Shown here piece after piece: positions 52,010 through 64,000 of a stretch of 64,000 bases of DNA. The DNA lies in the NCBI GenBank assembly GCA_038087875.1, contig CM076000.1, positions 806,001-870,000 on the forward strand. The letters run 5' to 3'. The position numbers and the translations under genes were made by a program. The stretch is from Malacoraja senta (Eukaryota). Below the pieces are notes generated by a model, which was not told the DNA's origin, searched no databases, and was given only the letters and a program-made list of their open reading frames with translations. Within the stretch, counting starts at the first letter, position 1; every line of letters begins with the position of its first letter.

Positions 52010-52442
52010 GATCTGGCCATTGCTGGACCAGGAACCCGCCCGAAGGCTCGTCGGTCAGTGGGACCAGGAACTCACCCGAATCGCGGTCGGTGGGAACCCA
52101 CGTGGAGGCTGGTCGGTCGGTGCAACCGGGAGGGAGCTGAAGACGTTGGACGCGAGAAGCAAGGATCAGTAGGAGGGTGAACCGAGGTAATGCCCCCAGC
52201 CCCTTCAGGTAGGCTGCAGGAGACAACCCGATCCCGGGGACACCAAGATGGCCATGCGAGGAGAGGGGTGGGATATCAGTTCGCGGGAATTGCTCCAGTA
52301 CATCGAGCGCTTGGGCCGATCGGTCTTTGGACTGTGAATAATGGTGCCAAAAATGGTGCCGTCTGCATGTGTAATAAATGCAAAATGAATTTCACTGTGC
52401 AGTTGCATATGTGACAAATAAAGCACTATTGATTGATTGATT
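52010..52442 (+). mobile_element. GC-rich retroposon fragment with (TTGA)n tail
   Basis: Ends gaatttcactgtgcagttgcatatgtgacaaataaagcactattgattgattga, similar to the tail at 51081. Confidence 0.5.
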
Positions 52443-54070
52443 ATGTCCATACCAACATGGGTTTCACATAATTGAAGGTCAGTAAAACCATAAATATGCT
52501 GTAATCAGTCATTGGCAGCCAGAGACCCCTGAACAAAGTATCTAAACAAATCTCCTGAGATGACAAGATTTGACTAAAGTCATAGACTCGTAACATCAAT
52601 GCAAAGGTTCTAATACCACTGACAATCTTTAAACTTCACAATTAAACTACGCCCTTTATTTGCCAGTGGTTATATATTGTATTCCTGGCATTCTGGTCTT
52701 ATATAAACACCGTACTATTTGATTCCTATTTATATCTCGCCTATTTATGTCTAAAATATTGAAGTAATAGGTTGGCTGCTGGAGCAGACTTTGTGGACAC
52801 AACAAGTTTTGATTCTCATATATATAACTGGCTATCTTTGAATCTAAGGCACTTTACGACCTCTCAAGAAAAAAAGTGTGGACTAGAACCTCAGTATTTA
52901 GTTTTCAATTTAAATTTAAATTCTATAAAAACAAATGTTAAGCGGCTTTATCTTTTTTAAATTAGCCATTTTTGGAGTCAGATTTGCTGCGTTGTGACAG
53001 CATCTTTATATGCAAATTCTTTTTTCTCAAGTAAATCCGAGTGAGTTCTCAACTTTGAATTGGAGTAACTTTCTTTGTACTCTCTCTTTGGATTGCAAGA
53101 AACAGAAGCAAAATTTATGCCAATTCGTTTTACCGCCATCAATTCAACTGTTGAAGCTGCATTCTTCCAGCAATGCACCACATATTCCACCAAGGAATGA
53201 GTGAGAAACATCATGCCAAATCTTTGATCGCTCAGCAGTTTAAAAAAATCTTTGAGAAACTTACCATAACTGGCATGGTTAGCATCAAGTTGCAGTGAGC
53301 ATACATGCAAATTGCACATGATCCAATGGAGGGATATGGATTATGTGCAGGAAGAGTTGGCCATGGCATCATATTCAGCATTGACACTGTGGGTCTATGC
53401 TCTAAACTGAGAACTCATCAAGGCCACATAACTGTCATGACATCCTTGGCCCTGAAGGTCAGCATGCTGATGGTCTTTACTTCCTTATTGTACCCACATA
53501 TTTGTTTTCAGTGCCTGATGATCCCATTGCAATCAACGTTTCCTCAACCATTGCCATTTAATTAAGTCTGCCTTCCTGCATTTCCTACCAAAGTGGATAA
53601 CCACATTTGTGCACATATTGCATTTGCCATGTATTTGCCCATTAATTATTCTGTTACCTTGAAGACTTTGCTATCTACTCACAATCTCAACTATTTTGAT
53701 ATTATCAGCACACTTGGAAATAATATTTATTTTTGCCAGTCTTCCAAATTATTGGTATATATCATGTGTAGTAGGGCCAAAGCACTGATCCCTGTGATAC
53801 TCCACAAGTAACCACCTGCCACCTTAATCAGAGAATTGCCTATATGTCAAGCAGTTTCCTATGCATGCCAATATATAATCCTGGCTACTAGGATTTTAAT
53901 TTTGCACATTAACATTTTATGTTGGAGAAGTAGTTTATCCAAGGATGATGCAAGATCCAAATGCATCACCTATATTTATTCTACCAATTATATCTTCAAA
54001 GAAACTACAAAAATATCCTTGTGTAAATCCAGGTGGACTGTGTTTAATCCCACTGATATTTTCTAAGTGT

Positions 54071-54250
54071 GCAGGAAGGAACTGCGGAAACTGGTCTACA
54101 CTGAGGATAGGCACAAACTGCTGGAGCAACTCAGCGGATCATGCAGCATCTCTGGAGAAAAGGAACAGGGTGACATTTCTTCACCTGTACCTTTTCTCCA
54201 GCGATGCTGCCTGACCCGCTGAGCTGCTCCAGCACTTTGTGTCTACCTTC
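54071..54250. mobile_element. palindromic Penelope-terminus-derived insert flanked by a 16-bp direct repeat
   Basis: gatattttctaagtgt at 54055-54070 and 54251-54266; inner arms tgctggagcaactcagcgg / ccgctgagctgctccagca. Confidence 0.65.
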
Positions 54251-54397
54251 GATATTTTCTAAGTGTTCTGTTATCACAATCCTTTGCAATAAGCTAACAC
54301 TTCCCACATATCTGATGTATTCCTGTTATACGAGAATTTTGCCCAAACAGCCTGTGACCCATAGCGCTGTGGCCAGTAGCGCTATATTTAAATCCCT

Positions 54398-55418
54398 CTA
54401 GACCAAGTGGGACCCGTTGGGTCCCGTTCCCCAACGCAATATTCCACCACTCACCCGTTCTCCCAACGCAACCCGTTTCCACCACTCACCCGTTCCCCCA
54501 ACATAACCCCTTCCCCCAACACAATATTTCACCACTCACCCATAGCCCCCAACTGTGCAGGTGCGGCTCATTTCCCCTCATCCCCAACACTCCGTCCCCC
54601 TCTTATTCACCCTCCCTCTTCTCTCCCCTCACCTCCTCCCCTCCCTCCCTCACTTCTCCCTCCCTCTCCTTTCCCCTACCCTCAGTCACTCCCTCCCTCC
54701 ATAACTCCTCTCCCCTCCCTACCCCCCTGACCCGTTGGCCTCATTCCCCCAACTCAATATTCCACCACTCACCCATTCCCCCAATGCATCCCATTCCCCA
54801 ACACAATATTCCACCACTCACCCATAGCCCCCAACTGCGCAGGCTCGGCTCATTTCCCCTCATCCCCCAACACGCCTGCCCCCCTCCATTTCACCCTCCC
54901 TCTTCTCTCCCTTCTCCTCCTCCACTCCCTCCCCTTTCCCTCCCTCCCCTCTCCCTCCCTCTCCTTTCCCCTACCCTCAGTCATTCCCTCCCCTCAGTCA
55001 CTCCCTCCCTCCCTCCATAGCCCCTCTCCCCTCCCTACCCCCCTTGACGTCATTGTGAGGTGGAAGCTGCTGTTTTTTTTGTTATGTAAATGAGATCCCA
55101 TTGTGATGTAATTGTGGGGTGGAGCACTGCTGACGGGCAGTTTATGTAAATGAGATCCCATTGTGACGTCATACCCTGCTCACTGCCACTGTAAGTTCAA
55201 GTGATTTTTCTCAGTGGGGTTTTGTAAAGTTTAAAATGTGAATAACTTGTAAAATATAACATAAATCTGAACACACCACAGGACAATTGTGAATAAGGTG
55301 GTCCAAAAATTCTAGCGCTATCGTGTACCATTTTGGCGTCGTGCCGAAAGCACATGGGCACGCACGCATGCAGACAGAATCACAAACAAGATAAGAGTTT
55401 TAGTAATATAGAGATAGA
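54398..55418 (-). mobile_element. solo non-autonomous Helitron
   Basis: Minus strand starts TCTATCTCTATATTACTAAAACTCT and ends gggacccaacgggtccc-acttggtCTAG, the same terminal architecture as the 38838 array. Confidence 0.82.
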
Positions 55419-55585
55419 TAGCTATATGGCCGGTAACGCTATATTTAGAACCCATATCGCTGTGGCCAGTAGCATTATATTTAGAACCCATAGCGCTGTG
55501 GCCGGTAGCTCTATATTTAAAGCCCATGGTGCTGTGGCTGGTGACGCTATATTTAGAACCCATAGTGCTGTAGCTGGCGGTGCTG
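55419..55585. repeat. 36-bp minisatellite (~4.5 units, plus one unit at 54357-54397 left of the Helitron)
   Basis: Unit cccatagcgctgtggccggtagcgctatatttagaa. Confidence 0.85.
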
Positions 55586-56539
55586 TTTAAACCTTTGCGC
55601 GCCAATCTGGCACTGCTGTGTGTATTGCTTTGCGCGCCAAGTCTGTAGCCTGTGTGTATTGAATTGCGCGCCAAGTCTGTAGTGCTGGGTGTTGCGCCAG
55701 TCTGCGGGTGATAGCGCTTTGTTCCCTAAGGGGGGAGGGGGGGGGGGGCTCGCTCGGATGCAATCCCCTGCCATTTATAGTTTGAATTTGGGAACAGTGT
55801 TATTGGCCAGGACTTACCGGTGGTTATTTTAATGGCTGATTTCTTACCTGTATAAAGTTAGGCGCCAGGAAGCCATGTTAGTTTATGTCCGAGAGGGGTT
55901 CACTGACGGGCTGAGGCGAGATCATGGTCGTGGACGGAGGCAGAGAGAGAGAGCGAGGTGTGCTGCTGTAAAACAGACCCTGCGCATACCAAGACAAGTA
56001 TTGTTTTTGTTCTCTCTCTCCAATAAAACTGATTTGTAACTAAACAGATGAGTAAGACTTTTCTGTTCGAAGTCAGATCCTTGAACGTGTTGGAACAATT
56101 CCTTCCTCTTTTTTTAATAAAAAGTGGTGGGGCTACATTTGTCACTTTCCACTCCACATGAACCATTCCATAACCTGCGAAATTTTGCAAGATGACAATT
56201 GTGATTTCCAAGGCCACCCATTTGGGTCAGAGGTTCTCAGTGCCTGGGCATTCAATTAGCTTTCAGTCCAATCTGGAAATATATTGCTGATCTTCCATTA
56301 TCATTGGATCAGAAACTTGAAACTGCCCAACGGCATCTTCACCATTGATAGAGAAGAGTTCAAGGCATGAATTCCAAGGTTAATTAAGAATATGCACTAA
56401 CTATAATAGTCTGCAGTAAACAAACATGAAGTGAATGAATTTAAATTATTGGAGACTCAAGAGACTGCAGATCTTCAGCAAAAAAAAATCAGCAAGAATC
56501 AGCAAAACCCCCCCCGAGGAATTCAGCTTTCTTTCAAAG

Positions 56540-57200
56540 TGATTCCCACTACCAATCACATCCTGCTGTCCCACCTCGTTCTATTTTCCAGGCAACTCTC
56601 GCTGTGACTCTACGACTCAGTATCCCCTCTCCACCCAAACCTCCCCTTTCTCAGGCATTTTCCCCTGCAACCACAGGAGATCGACAACCCCCTCCCTCAC
56701 CTCCATCCAGCGATCCCTGCAGCCTTTCCAGGTGAGATTAAAGGTTGAATCATAAGACCTACAACTTCATCTGTTGCATTTGGTCTCTACATTGGCGAGA
56801 CCAAGCATAGACTAGGTAACTGCATCGCTGTACACTTGCTCCTGGTTGCCAGCCATTTTAAATTCCACTTCCCACACTGACCTTTCTGTCTGCAGCTTCC
56901 TCCACTGGCAGAGCTAGGCCATGTGTAAACTGGAAGCATATCATCTCATATTCCGCTCAAGTAGCATACAAGCCAAGGGCATGAAATTCTCCAATTTCAG
57001 CCTCCCTCTCCATCCACCCAACTGCCCCCCACCCACGCCTGCGCACCCCTTTCTCCCCCCCCCCCTTAATCTGCTCCACCCCCACCACTTCCTACACAGG
57101 CCCCCAACTTTACTCCACCCTTCGCCCCAATTCCTCTCTGTCCGCCACCCCTCCCTCTGATTGTACATTCCAACATTTGCAACCTTTTGCCTTCTCCCTC
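56540..57200 (+). mobile_element. old decayed Penelope GIY-YIG fragment
   Basis: ctctacattggcgagaccaagcatagactagg (LYIGETKHRLG), ttcccctgcaaccacagg, aattctccaatttcag match the younger copies. Confidence 0.7.
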
Positions 57201-57464
57201 CCACCCAACTAATCTAAATCCTTCTTCTCTTACAGGAATGTTCGCGATTCATGCACTTTGATCAACAATCAGCTGTCAATCATACCATTTGGGCCAAGTC
57301 TAACTTACATTGCATTTTACTTCGGAGTCACGTGAGTGACTGCGTGAAGAACCCCGCCAGTGCGCCTGATTTGTAGTTTTTTAACTACAAGGTAAGTAAA
57401 AACTTTTTTCAGTATTTTCAGGTCCGTTTACTGTGGGTCTGTGGGGATTTTTTCCACAGACGCC

Positions 57465-58600
57465 ATGGAAAAAACGGGCAGGGGCAAGAGGCGAGCGACT
57501 CAGCCGACAAAAAGTCGGGAAAGTCGGGAGTCTGCGGTTAGCGACCAACCGCCTCTAACCCCGGTACAGTCGCCAGCGGTGAGCATAGCGACTGTGGACC
57601 TGGGGCAGTCAGCGCCTGTCGGGCGCAAGGCCAAGTTCAAATCGAAACGGGCCACGGAGGAGGAGTCCCAGGAAATGGAAATGGAAGAAGCTCCAGGGCT
57701 AGATACTGCTTTTAAGCGTATTGCCCAAATGGAAAGCCTGCTACATAGGCTGTTGAAGCAAAGCACACTCAGGTAAGAGTGTACTGAAATCCAAGCTGCT
57801 GAAAGCAGCTCAACAGCTCCTGGTACAGGGCTGATAGAATGCACCCTCAGGGATGAGGAGCGTGCCACGGATCATGAGATTTCAGACCCCGACTCTGACG
57901 GTGAGGCTGTACAAGGCGAAGAACGGCAGCTGCCAGATGTTCCATCCCTGGCAGTACGATTCGCTGCCCCGTCAGGGTCAGGAGAGCCATTAAGAGAAGA
58001 ATTGGCCTCCCTAATAAATGACTTGGTTTCCCATCAGCTGGAACAGCAGGAGATGGATGAGAATGCAAGAAAATATGAGTTGAGTATGACTATGAGAACT
58101 CAAAAATTGAAATTGCAGAGAATATTAAAGCTGCTGGGTTCTGGAATAACTGCTTTTGCCAGAATAGCGGATAAAAGCCAAGAGATGACGGAGTTGCATC
58201 AGGAAGCACTGGGGTTGCTATGCAGCACCCACTTCGAGATCAATTGTCTGAGGAAAGGTGCTATACGGCCTACTATGAATCCAAAATTCGCAGCACTCTG
58301 CAAACCAAGTAATGTACAATTACCCAACTTACTCTTTGGAGAGGATCTCGGGAGACGTATTAAAGAGTTGGAAGATGAAGCGAAAACAGGATTGATGAAA
58401 AAAAAATCAATGGTTGTAAAGTCTGTAAAGAGGAAGTATCCTTTCAGACGTCATACGGATCCTGGACCAAGTCGCTCATTAATGCAGGGACGTAGCTGGC
58501 GGCCTGCAGCGGGAGCAAGAACCAGTGGGGGTGCTTCCGGGAGAATCCAGGGATCTCAGAGTACTCAAATGACTCAAGAGGTAGGTGGACCTGGTTCTCA
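57465..58600 (+). pseudogene. DIRS gag-like ORF1 (disrupted)
   Basis: ATG at 57465; ORFs 57441..57776 and 58002..58715 (EINCLRKGAIRP..LLFGEDL); position upstream of RT. Confidence 0.65.
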
Positions 58601-60060
58601 TGGGAACATACTAACCGGATTAAGTCCAAAAGTTGGAGGCAGATTACATCTCTTCTATAACAATTGGAAGATTACTTCAGATGTGGTAATTCTGAATAGT
58701 ATACAAGGATTTTGAATTGAATTCAATCCAAATTATGATTTGCCTGTCCAGCATGTTCCTAGCAGAACTCTCCACTTTGCATAAAAAGAAGTGATGGTTC
58801 AAGCTGCGTTTCAAACCCTATATATAAAAGGTGTTATTGAAGAATCAGTCTACCAAATTCACCAATTTGTGTCAAATATATTCCCTCGATCAAAAAAGGA
58901 TGGAGGGTGTAGGATTATTCTAGACTTGACAAGTCTGAATCCTTTTGTTTAATTTAAACATTTTAAAAGGGAGACATTTGTGACTGCCAAACAACTTATT
59001 TCAGAAGCATGTCATATGGCAACTATAGATTTAAAAGATACATATTACGGAAGATAGGAAGTATCTTAAATTTACATGGATGAACCAGTTATGGCAGTTC
59101 AAAGCTTTGCCTAATGGGTTAACGTCCGCTCCCAGAATATTCACAAAATTGTTAAAACCAATTCTGGGGTTGCTGAGAAGCCAGGGGCATGTACTAATGG
59201 CATACTTGGATGATGTCCTGATTATAGGAAGGACAAAACAGTCAACAGAAGCATCTGTTGCAGTTGTGAAATCAACTTTTGAAAGTTTGGGGTTTCTAAT
59301 TCATCCAAAGAAATCAAGGTTAACACCATGTACCTCGATTGATTATTTGGGGTTCACAATTGATTCAGTCCAAATGAAAATTACTTTGACCAGTGAAAAA
59401 AGGGTGGAGTTGATTAAAGATTGCAGTAATCTGTTAAATGAGCAAAAACCCTCAATCAGACAGGTGGCTCGAGTACTGGGAAAATTAGTAGCAGCATTTC
59501 CAGCAGTCCAATACGGACCATTACATTATCAACAGCTGCAGAGAGTTAAAGAACAGGCACTGAGAATGCATGCTGGTCATTTTGATAGAACCATGCAACT
59601 AACAACAAATGCTGTTTCTGATCTGCAGTGGTGGATTCTACATGTCTCAAGCAGTTCCAGCAAAGTGCTGATTAAACAACCTTCCATGATATTACAAACT
59701 GATGCCAGTGCACTAGGATGGGGTGCAACTGACTTAGCATCTAGCTGCGGAGGCAGATGGAATCAGGAAGAGTCATTGTTACTGCAGACATGGGGAGTTA
59801 ACTATTTGGAGTTTTAGGATGTTTCTATGGACTCCAAGCTTATTGTTCTAACACAACTAAAAGGCATGTTCAAGTTCAAATTGATAAACACAACAGCAGT
59901 TGCCTATATTAATGATATGGGTGGAATTAAGTCGGGGTCATGTGACAAAATGGCTAATCAACTTTGGTCTGGGTGTATTGAAAAGAACATTTGGATTTCA
60001 GCTATCTATCTACCAGGTAGAATGAACACGATAGCAGACACCAGGTCACGAAAGTTCCAT
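58600..60060 (+). pseudogene. DIRS reverse transcriptase / RNase H (frameshifted)
   Basis: VGGRL, LDLTSLN, IDLKD, QFKALPNGLTSAPRIFTKLL, YLDD, YLGF, TDASALGWG, NYLE, NTTAVAYIN, LPGRMNTIADTRSR. Confidence 0.92.
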
Positions 60061-60486
60061 GATAATAAAGAATGGATGTTGAATCGAGAGGTATTCAATG
60101 ATATAGTAATCAGATTTGGAATGCCCGACATCGACTTGTTTGCATCTAGACTGAATCATCAGCTATCGAGATGTGTCTCATGGGAATCAGATCCAGGAGC
60201 AGTGGCGATTGGTGCTTTCTCACTACATTGGGGTGGTATGTTTTCATATATATTTCCACTTTTCTGCCTCATAAGCCAATGTTTGCTTAAAATCAGGCAA
60301 GATGCTGCTTCAGGGGTATTGGTAGTACCAGATTGGCCTATACAGCCATGGTATCCGTTGATATTAGAATTAACAACACAAATGTTGATGAAAGTCCCAA
60401 AAAGGAGTAACTTATTGCTGCACCCTGTAACAGGGGAACAACATCCATTATATGATCGTTTGGATTTGTTGATTTGCAGGTTTTAA
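60061..60486 (+). pseudogene. DIRS DNA N6-adenine methyltransferase-like domain
   Basis: DIDLFASRLNHQL, YIFPLF (variant of the YxFPPF motif), VVPDWPIQPWYP. Confidence 0.75.
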
Positions 60487-60489
60487 GAA

Positions 60490-61449
60490 GGCCTTTTCAG
60501 GGGGGCGAGGACTGTCTGAGCGTACTGTGGATAAGCTTATGGCAGCCTGGAGGAAGAGTACTCAAAAACAGTACCTTTCTTATATTAAGAAATGGGAAGA
60601 GTTCTGTGTACAAAAGAATGTGCAATATAGTACTGCAGATATTTCAAATGTTTAGAATTTCTGTCAAAACTTTATTATGATGAAGGTCTGAGTTGTGCAA
60701 TTAATTCAGCAAGAAGTGCATTGTCCTCATATTTGGTTCTGGATTCAGAAAGAAAACCAATTGGGTCACACCTAATTGTTTCCAGACTAATGAAAGGAAT
60801 CTTTAATTCCAAACCACCGAAACCTAGGTACATGACAATCTGGGATGTAAGTGTGGTACTGAAACTACTTCGTGAATGGTCACCAAGTGTGTCTTTACCT
60901 TTGGCCAAGCTCAGTATGAAAGTATTCATGCTTATGGCATGAGTGACAGCACGAGTGCAAACACTTGGAAAATTACAAATGGACAGTATGGAAGTAAATG
61001 AAGACAAGGTTACATTCTATATCTATGACCTACTAAAGCAAATTAGGCCAGGTGTGACAGGATTTAAAATTATGCTAGCAGCATATCCAAATGATCCTTG
61101 TCTCTGTGTTAAGACATATTTGTTACAATACATTGAGGTCACAAAGAATTTGAGAAATACGGAAACTGGGTTGTTGATCACACACAAGAAACCACACAAG
61201 AGAGTTTCAATACAGACTATTTCCAGATGGATAAAAGAAATCTTAACAGCTGCTGGTATTAACACTTATGTTTTTACGTCTCACTCGACTAGGGCAGCAG
61301 AAACGTCGGCGGCCAGGGCAAAAGACGTCCCCGTCGACCATATCCTCGCAGCCGCCAGGTGGTCCAATGAGTTGATGTTTCAACATTTTTACCATCGGCC
61401 TATTGTTAATGCGGGATTGTTTGCAGAAACTATTTTAAGTTCTGTGTAA
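60490..61449 (+). pseudogene. DIRS tyrosine recombinase (stops and frameshifts)
   Basis: INSARSALS, PPKPRY..WDV, TARVQTL, LCV, TISRWIK, HSTRAA..S, W, FQHFY. Confidence 0.9.
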
Positions 61450-61617
61450 ATTCCTCTGGTTTAAAGGGGATCTGATTAATTTCATTATTGAAATGAATTA
61501 CTGCATTTGTGGTACAAATGTTATTATGAATGCATGATTGATTATTCTCGTTCCGAGTCAATCAATGCAGTGAGAAGCCGGGATTGATCTATGGCATGAA
61601 ATCACAAAGCTTTAAAA

Positions 61618-61730
61618 TCTTCAAGTAGTCACTCACGTGACTCCGAAGTAAAATAGTAAGATTAAACGAGAACTTACCTAAGTTTGAAGTTTGATCTTTA
61701 TTTTATGAGGAGTTACGTAGGTGATTACGT
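61618..61730. other. DIRS internal complementary region (ICR)
   Basis: 61618-61654 is complementary to the element start 57314-57350; 61655-61730 is complementary to the element end ~61884-61960. Confidence 0.92.
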
Positions 61731-64000
61731 GCCCACCACGACCCTACCCTCTATCATAAAGGTCAGATGGAAGTTCTTGTATTACTCGTTTTATTATGAG
61801 ACTATATTACTTCGGTTGTTGTTTTTTGTGATTTCACACCGCTGCTTTGAAGATTGACGCGCAGGCGCACTGGCGGGGTTCTTCACGTAATCACCTACGT
61901 AACCCCTCATAAAATAAAGATCAAACTTCAAACTTAGGTAAATTCTCGTTTAATCTTACTAATCTCCTTCACTCATACATGGTATGGGAAAACAATTTGT
62001 GAATGTATTAACTAACAGATGAAGTAGCAAAACCTCCTTAATGCCCATGGGATGAGCTTAATTCAGAAAGATCATTGTGCTGCTATTCAGAATTTAGTTG
62101 CATTTCGCAAACTAAAAAAACTCGAGCTTCCTCAGAGAATGAATGGAAAATACTGAGGTGTTCATTATGTAAGAGTGACAAAAGACATTGAAACGTGTTT
62201 GAATCCAAATAAATATATTTTGTACTTTGTATAATACATATTTACACAAGAAATTGCAGCATATTGTACTGAACACTTTGTCATTATGAATCGTGGAAAA
62301 AAAGTGTAGAATCAAAACATGGTAACACATCACACAATGGCGCAAACAAATAATAATTTGCACAGTAAAAAGATCTTGGGCCAGAAATTAGTCCTTCTTT
62401 GCTTGCACTAAATTCAAGATTTGAGGGATTTATAACTGGAATTGCTACTTTATTATTTATTTAGTGCCAAGTGTCAGAGAACAAATTTCAACCACAGACT
62501 TTAGGTTACAAGGCCTCTGGTCAAATATATTTTAATGAAAAATGCTTTGTACAGACCATTAAATTAAAAACTTAAAAGATCGTCAGTTTCCGGTTCAAGT
62601 TCAATGAGGTAGCATACCATGTGCATTTATAATCGGAATGTAAACTGATCTGGGGTTTGCATTGGTACATTTTTGTTGCTGCATACCAAATGCTAGATTT
62701 TGCCTGTTATAAATTGCAACATGGTATTTACTTTCATATCTATACAATTTAGAAAATTATGTGCAAAACCAAGAATGAGAAGTTTGTATATTTTACTACC
62801 TGACAAAGTAAAAATGCTTTGCAGGCAGCAATAGTGTGATGGTAATACGGCCACGGTTGAAAATTCATCATGCTAGTGCTTACCACCATTGGAAAACAAA
62901 TTCTGCATCTGTATATACACTCCACATAAGTCACAATAAATGGCAGGAACAATATCAAAGACGATACAAATTGAATCAAAAGTTGACAATATTTGGACAA
63001 TGCTTTTTCACGAGTCATGTTCTACTAACAAATATATAACCTTACTCTTTTTGGTTTCAACTTCAACAAATGCAAAAAGGTTACTGTTCAAGCAGTACTA
63101 TAATTTGAAAATGCATGTGAAATTGTACAAATTCAACTATGGTAATACCACAAATCAGTGAATCCTCTTTACATTGCAAACAAAAAAAACAGTAAAATTC
63201 ACAGCAACAATACATTTTTCCAAACACACAATGAGTATTTCCCATTACAAGTGTGCAACATTTTTAACTGGCAAGTCGACATAATTTTTGCCATGTTGTT
63301 AGGAATTAAACGAATTCTAGATGGTTGAATGGCACAATGTTACTGGGCAATTAAAGAAATCTGGTTCCAATACAGTAATGGATTAAACATTTATATGCAG
63401 TGAATGAAGGAATCTAAATAAAAAGTAAAATCAACTTTTTATTGCCTGAAAAATAGCACTCAGAGTGATGATAGGCAAAGGATAGGAAACAGAACTTTCC
63501 TGTACCAGTTAAAGAAATTTCTTAAGAATTACTGAGCTTTGAAAATAATTAATAGTTTAACCTAAGAGTTGAAGTTATATTTTAGATTGTTGAGATCTGA
63601 AAAAATAAAAACGTCTAAGATTTGCCAACTGTTTGCATATTTACACAGTTGGCAGTAAATCTTAGATGTTTTTGTTTTTTTCAGATCTCAGCAGTGTAAA
63701 TAGACCATGTTTTATCCATTCAGACACGATGGTCAGTTAAATTTAGCTTTCCACATACACTGCCCTTATTCCAAGTTCTGAATACCAGCTGTGCCACTCC
63801 TGGTTTCTTGGAAAGATCAAAGACCTACAATCTATGGACATTAAACATATTATTTCAAGTCTACACAGCACTGTGCCAGCTCATATTTGGCAAGTTTAAT
63901 TTGACCCAACTTGATCCTCAATACATCTGCATAATGATTTTTTGTTTACCAAGAGTGGTCGACTCTACTTACACATGTAACTATGTTTATCAGCACATTT

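Larger units (their letters stand above)
57314..61960 (+). mobile_element. DIRS1-type tyrosine-recombinase retrotransposon, full length, inactivated
   Basis: gag-like, RT/RNase H, methyltransferase-like and YR coding remnants; ITR cgtgaagaaccccgccagtgcgcctg / caggcgcactggcggggttcttcacg; ICR complementary to both termini. Confidence 0.95.

Noticed and set aside
55419..55585. 36-bp palindromic repeats as a CRISPR array or a 12-aa repeat protein
   Set aside because: The units are contiguous with no unique spacers, there are no cas genes, and the context is eukaryotic; the 12-aa periodicity follows from the 36-bp period

Overview
This is eukaryotic, repeat-dense genomic DNA with no confidently identifiable intact host gene. 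The mix of V-SINE/HE1-like SINEs, CR1/HER1-like LINE tails, Rex-Babar and Penelope fragments suggests a cartilaginous fish such as a skate or ray (inference from repeat content only). Main structures: (1) a 140-bp retroposon at 9436-9575 flanked by target-site duplications (TSDs), whose first 54 nt fold as a minimal HDV-like ribozyme; (2) a 15-50 kb duplication complex built on a ~4.9-kb tandem unit (Harbinger MITE part, CR1 pieces, Penelope GIY-YIG fragment) that carries 11 copies of a ~115-bp fold-back hairpin; (3) a 7.43-kb head-to-tail concatemer of non-autonomous Helitrons inserted at an A^T site, plus a solo Helitron; (4) a full-length but mutated DIRS1-type tyrosine-recombinase retrotransposon (57314-61960) with ITRs and ICR; (5) multiple minimal hammerhead-like motifs in Penelope termini. 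Most long ORFs in the track are transposon remnants or low-complexity artefacts. Boundaries of decayed repeats are approximate, and all family assignments are by eye without database searches.
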